From an uncultured Planctomycetaceae bacterium (GTDB lineage Bacteria > Planctomycetota > Phycisphaerae > SM23-33), in the NCBI GenBank assembly GCA_964632015.1, contig CAZWAT010000002.1, forward strand, positions 1 through 46,717: DNA of 46,717 nucleotides, written 5' to 3'. The position numbers were made by a program, and so were the translations under genes. A model generated the notes under the pieces. The model did not search any database. It saw only the letters and a list, made by a program, of their open reading frames with translations, and had not been told where the DNA came from. Numbering within the stretch: position 1 is the first letter of the stretch; each line of letters begins with the position of its first letter. Below, piece by piece: positions 44,310 to 46,717 of this stretch.

Positions 44310-45518
44310 ATGATTCCCAACTCTACTTCAGAAACAACAACGCAAGACCTCCATCTATTGAGGCCCCGAAGGTACATCGTTCTTGTTGCTGGCATTGTCA
44401 TGCAGGCATGCCTTGGGGGAATTTACGCATGGAGCGCATTTGTCGGACCCTTGCAGGAATTAGGGTATTCAGCCGCCCAGACACAAGCGGTTTTTGGAAT
44501 CGCCATTGCCACGTTTTCGTTTTTGGTAATTGTGACAGGTCCTCTGCAGGACAGGTTTGGACCTCGCCCGCTGGCGTGTATCAGCGCGATTTTGCTTTGC
44601 GTCAGTTACGTGGTAGCGGGGCGGCTTGGCGGCAGCATGTTGGGACTATGTGCATCTATCGGGGTTTTGGGAGGCCTGGCGATTGCTGTCGGGTACATAT
44701 GTCCGGTGGCGACACTCATTAAATGGTTTCCGCGTCACAAGGGTCTTGTCTGTGGACTTGCCGTGGCGGGGTATGGCGGCGGGGCGATTGTTTTATCGGC
44801 CATTGTGGAGACCCTACTGGCGCGAGGGTGGTTCGTTCTGGACATCTTTTTGTTCATAGGGCTGATCTATGGGCCGGTGGTTCTTGTGGCGGGGTCGCTT
44901 CTGTTTGTCCCCGGAAAAGACGCATCCAGGTGGGGCGAGTCATCCACGCATGTGCAGGTCATCAAAGACTCTCGGTTGTGGTTGCTGTTCATGGGCATGC
45001 TCTGCACGACTGCCGGGGGGCTGGGACTGCTGGGCAATCTTAAACCCGCTGCGGAGGCGTTCGGCATGTCTGTGAAGGTTGCGGCAATGTCGGTCGGCGC
45101 CTTTGCCGTGGGCAACATGATTGGACGAGTAGCATGGGGCGTTGGGCTTGACAGGCTTGGTGGCAAGCGGGTGGTGATGATTTCGATGGCTGGGATGGGG
45201 CTTGCGGTTCCTGCTTCGATCATCGCCGGTGGATGGCCGCCAGCCTTCATGATTCTGGTAGCGGTGGTTGGATTCTGCTACGGGGGATGTTTCGCGATAT
45301 ACCCTGCCCTGGTCGCGCAGCTTTATGGCCCCGCGGTTGTCGGCAGGGCATACGGCATAGTGATCATCGCGCAGGGTCTTTCCGCCCTCGGGGCTCCCGC
45401 GATTGGCGGGATGAGTTTCGACCATTTGGGAACTTATACTCCCGGTCTGCTGGCGGCTGCGGTACCAGCCTGGATCGGTCTGATGGTATTCTGGCGGACA
45501 AAGCGGTTGCAGCACTAG
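44310..45518 (+). CDS. MFS transporter (oxalate/formate antiporter-like subfamily)
   Basis: 12 hydrophobic segments. The opening RRYIVLVAGIVMQACLGGIYAWSAFVGPLQ is typical of OFA-type MFS. GGAG lies before ATG 44310. Confidence 0.85.
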   Translation: MIPNSTSETTTQDLHLLRPRRYIVLVAGIVMQACLGGIYAWSAFVGPLQELGYSAAQTQAVFGIAIATFSFLVIVTGPLQDRFGPRPLACISAILLCVSYVVAGRLGGSMLGLCASIGVLGGLAIAVGYICPVATLIKWFPRHKGLVCGLAVAGYGGGAIVLSAIVETLLARGWFVLDIFLFIGLIYGPVVLVAGSLLFVPGKDASRWGESSTHVQVIKDSRLWLLFMGMLCTTAGGLGLLGNLKPAAEAFGMSVKVAAMSVGAFAVGNMIGRVAWGVGLDRLGGKRVVMISMAGMGLAVPASIIAGGWPPAFMILVAVVGFCYGGCFAIYPALVAQLYGPAVVGRAYGIVIIAQGLSALGAPAIGGMSFDHLGTYTPGLLAAAVPAWIGLMVFWRTKRLQH

Positions 45519-45537
45519 TCCGAAGGGTACCGGCCGC

Positions 45538-45945
45538 TCACTCGGCTGCGGTCACGCCCCCAACTACCAGATACTTGATCCCAGAAAGCTTCTGCCGGAC
45601 CTGTGGGCTTTCGGTGACTATTTCCGCAAGTTCCAGATCCTTCTCATCGAGAATGGCCCGGAGGTCAATTCTCTCTTTTACATCGAAGTCACCGGCGGCG
45701 ATAAGCGAACCTGTTATTTTGTCTCCTAGCTCGTCAGCAATTACTTGCGAAGCCGATGATCCGTTGCGATTGCGAAGGCTTGCAACGGCAATTGACTCTC
45801 CATGAATGTCGTCGGCGTTGAGTTTGTTCACAGCAAGTTGGGCTATGCTCCCGAGATCGTCGCTGGTGCCTGTGCCGGTGGCTTGCGAAATAGCGGATCC
45901 ATCAGATACGCGGATTATTCGGATGTCGCACGTCACGGTCAACAC
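45538..45945 (-). CDS. LpoB/CsgG/FlgO-like alpha/beta domain protein with apparently permuted segment order; no signal peptide
   Basis: 135 aa with a GTG start. ESIAVASLRNRNGSSASQVIADELGDKITGSLIAAGDFDVKERIDLRAILDEKDL ... KYLVVGGVT is the usual first two-thirds of this fold. The usual last strand pair, LTVTCDIRIIRVSDGSAISQATGTG, sits at the N-terminus. Confidence 0.45.
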   Translation of the reverse strand: MLTVTCDIRIIRVSDGSAISQATGTGTSDDLGSIAQLAVNKLNADDIHGESIAVASLRNRNGSSASQVIADELGDKITGSLIAAGDFDVKERIDLRAILDEKDLELAEIVTESPQVRQKLSGIKYLVVGGVTAAE

Positions 45946-45982
45946 GCCATGTGAGTGGTCGACACTTTGGGAGATTAATGCA

Positions 45983-46307
45983 ATGTGTCAACGCGGTCTT
46001 GTACCAATATTCCTCGCCGGAATGTTCTGCTGCACGGGCTGTGGCCGGTGGAAACGGCGGCAAAGGTGGACCAGGCGGCGCGGGTGGCAATGGCATTGAA
46101 TGGACAGAATACGTTGACGGCCAACCAGTTCTCCACTCTCAACCCAAGGGACGTTCTGGAGCAAAAGGCCCGGACGGTTCCGCAGGCAGACATGGAAACC
46201 CGGGACAAACAGGATCCAATGGTCGCCGAGGTCACGATGGCCGATCAGATTCGCCGGGGCACGATGGAAGAGACGGAACTCACGGTACTGATGGCATGGT
46301 TCACTAG
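45983..46307 (+). pseudogene. Gly-rich/collagen-like mini-ORF, frame-disrupted between a signal-peptide-like start and the repeat region
   Basis: Frame of 45983: MCQRGLVPIFLAGMFCCTGCG, then Arg/Trp-rich text to the stop at 46099. Frame of 45951: GGNGGKGGPGGAGGNG-IEWTEYVDGQPVLHSQPK-(GXY)15-MVH, stop at 46307. The two join with a +1 shift near 46043-46047 (GGCCGG). GGGAG at 45968-45972. Confidence 0.35.
46149..46295 (+). repeat. 9-nt periodic GG-N7 repeat encoding collagen-like GXY triplets
   Basis: GRS GAK GPD GSA GRH GNP GQT GSN GRR GHD GRS (DSP) GHD GRD GTH GTD G: 15 GXY triplets with one interruption, read directly. Confidence 0.8.
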
Positions 46308-46526
46308 TGATACCAGCAGGCAGTCAATTCGATGGAAGTAACTATTTTGAATTATCAATAGTGACTGTCAAGCACAGAATAACGTCAAATCATCAACAGG
46401 CGCGCGCGTGCACAATCAAGGTTTACCAGCACCAGCAGAAGCCAGCCTGACTTATGGACATGTAAAAGCGTGATAGGTTAGGTGCGCATTGTGAGCCCGC
46501 TGTCAGCCGTGGTTAAACTGGAAAGA

Positions 46527-46717
46527 TTACAGCCTGCCTGGGGCGATGGGGTCGTAACGTTCGATAAGGCGAAGCAGATCGTCCTGGTCGGGTTCGATGT
46601 CAAGCGACTTGCGCCAGGAGGAAATCGCGTTTTCGCGGTAATCCTCAAGTGAATTATCAAGCACATATTGGCTCATGTAGGCGATTCCCACGCCGCGATG
46701 TTCGATGGCGCTTTTGG
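46527..46717 (-). CDS. 3' end of a gene running off the window (TPR-like C-terminus)
   Basis: An open frame runs from the window edge to TAA (46529-46527): KSAIEHRGVGIAYMSQYVLDNSLEDYRENAISSWRKSLDIEPDQDDLLRLIERYDPIAPGRL. The ...A..YR.A...W.K.L.I.P motif is TPR-like. Confidence 0.45.
   Translation of the reverse strand, partial: KSAIEHRGVGIAYMSQYVLDNSLEDYRENAISSWRKSLDIEPDQDDLLRLIERYDPIAPGRL

Noticed and set aside
45985-46341. A 118-aa ORF in the third frame over the collagen-like region. It has ordinary-looking amino-acid composition and the highest third-position GC.
   Set aside because: The strict 9-nt GG periodicity is explained by GXY coding in the 45951 frame. In this frame it would impose an unnatural [EAVDG]-x-[KTQMR] three-residue periodicity. 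The high GC3 is a by-product of Gly first-position G. It has a GTG start without an SD. I kept it as the alternative to test.
1-46717. Scan for CRISPR repeats, IS elements, integrases, tRNA-flanked islands, toxin-antitoxin pairs or known defence genes.
   Set aside because: I saw no spaced direct-repeat array, no transposase, integrase or recombinase motifs, and no terminal inverted repeats. There are no small paired ORFs of TA type. The window looks like core chromosome plus one accessory sugar locus.

Overview
This is a 46.7-kb, gene-dense chromosomal segment. I recognise no rRNA, tRNA, CRISPR array, transposase, integrase or phage genes. Gene content points to a PVC-superphylum bacterium (Planctomycetota/Phycisphaerae-like, or Kiritimatiellota/Lentisphaerota-like). 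The evidence is a prepilin-type methylation-domain protein ending in LFADGHV, a PEP-CTERM-anchored LamG protein, a DUF1080-like lipoprotein and a Gfo/Idh/MocA oxidoreductase. There are also anaerobe-flavoured genes: a ferredoxin, a flavodiiron-protein remnant and a Re-citrate-synthase-like enzyme. The left arm (68-11430) looks accessory, a glycan-utilisation-like locus. It holds a C45 Ntn-hydrolase/alpha-toroid fusion, an AraR-like regulator, a pseudopilin-like protein, a 1152-aa CBM9-like/glycosidase-like secreted protein, two LamG proteins and a PfkB kinase. The rest is mostly housekeeping: malic enzyme, dnaN plus a DUF721/DciA-like gene, purC, bfr, S41 protease, ribD, hup, ABC-F ATPase, hisS, rpsT and trpC. 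It also includes a sugar-nucleotide trio (GalU-like, DegT-type aminotransferase, CapD/PglF-type dehydratase), an IPMS-family synthase, a PTPS-fold protein and an MFS transporter. I did not find a clear-cut novel multi-gene system; there are no defence-island, toxin or secretion-machine signatures. The most unusual items are: (1) the left-arm locus and its fusion enzyme; (2) a candidate ~190-nt structured sRNA with its own promoter and terminator next to rpsT; (3) a flavodiiron gene reduced to out-of-frame N- and C-terminal stubs; (4) a head-to-head pair at the right end, made of an LpoB/CsgG-like domain with permuted segment order and a Gly-rich/collagen-like (GXY)15 mini-ORF whose signal-peptide-like start is in another frame. 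All family assignments come from motif recognition by eye and need HMM or structure confirmation.
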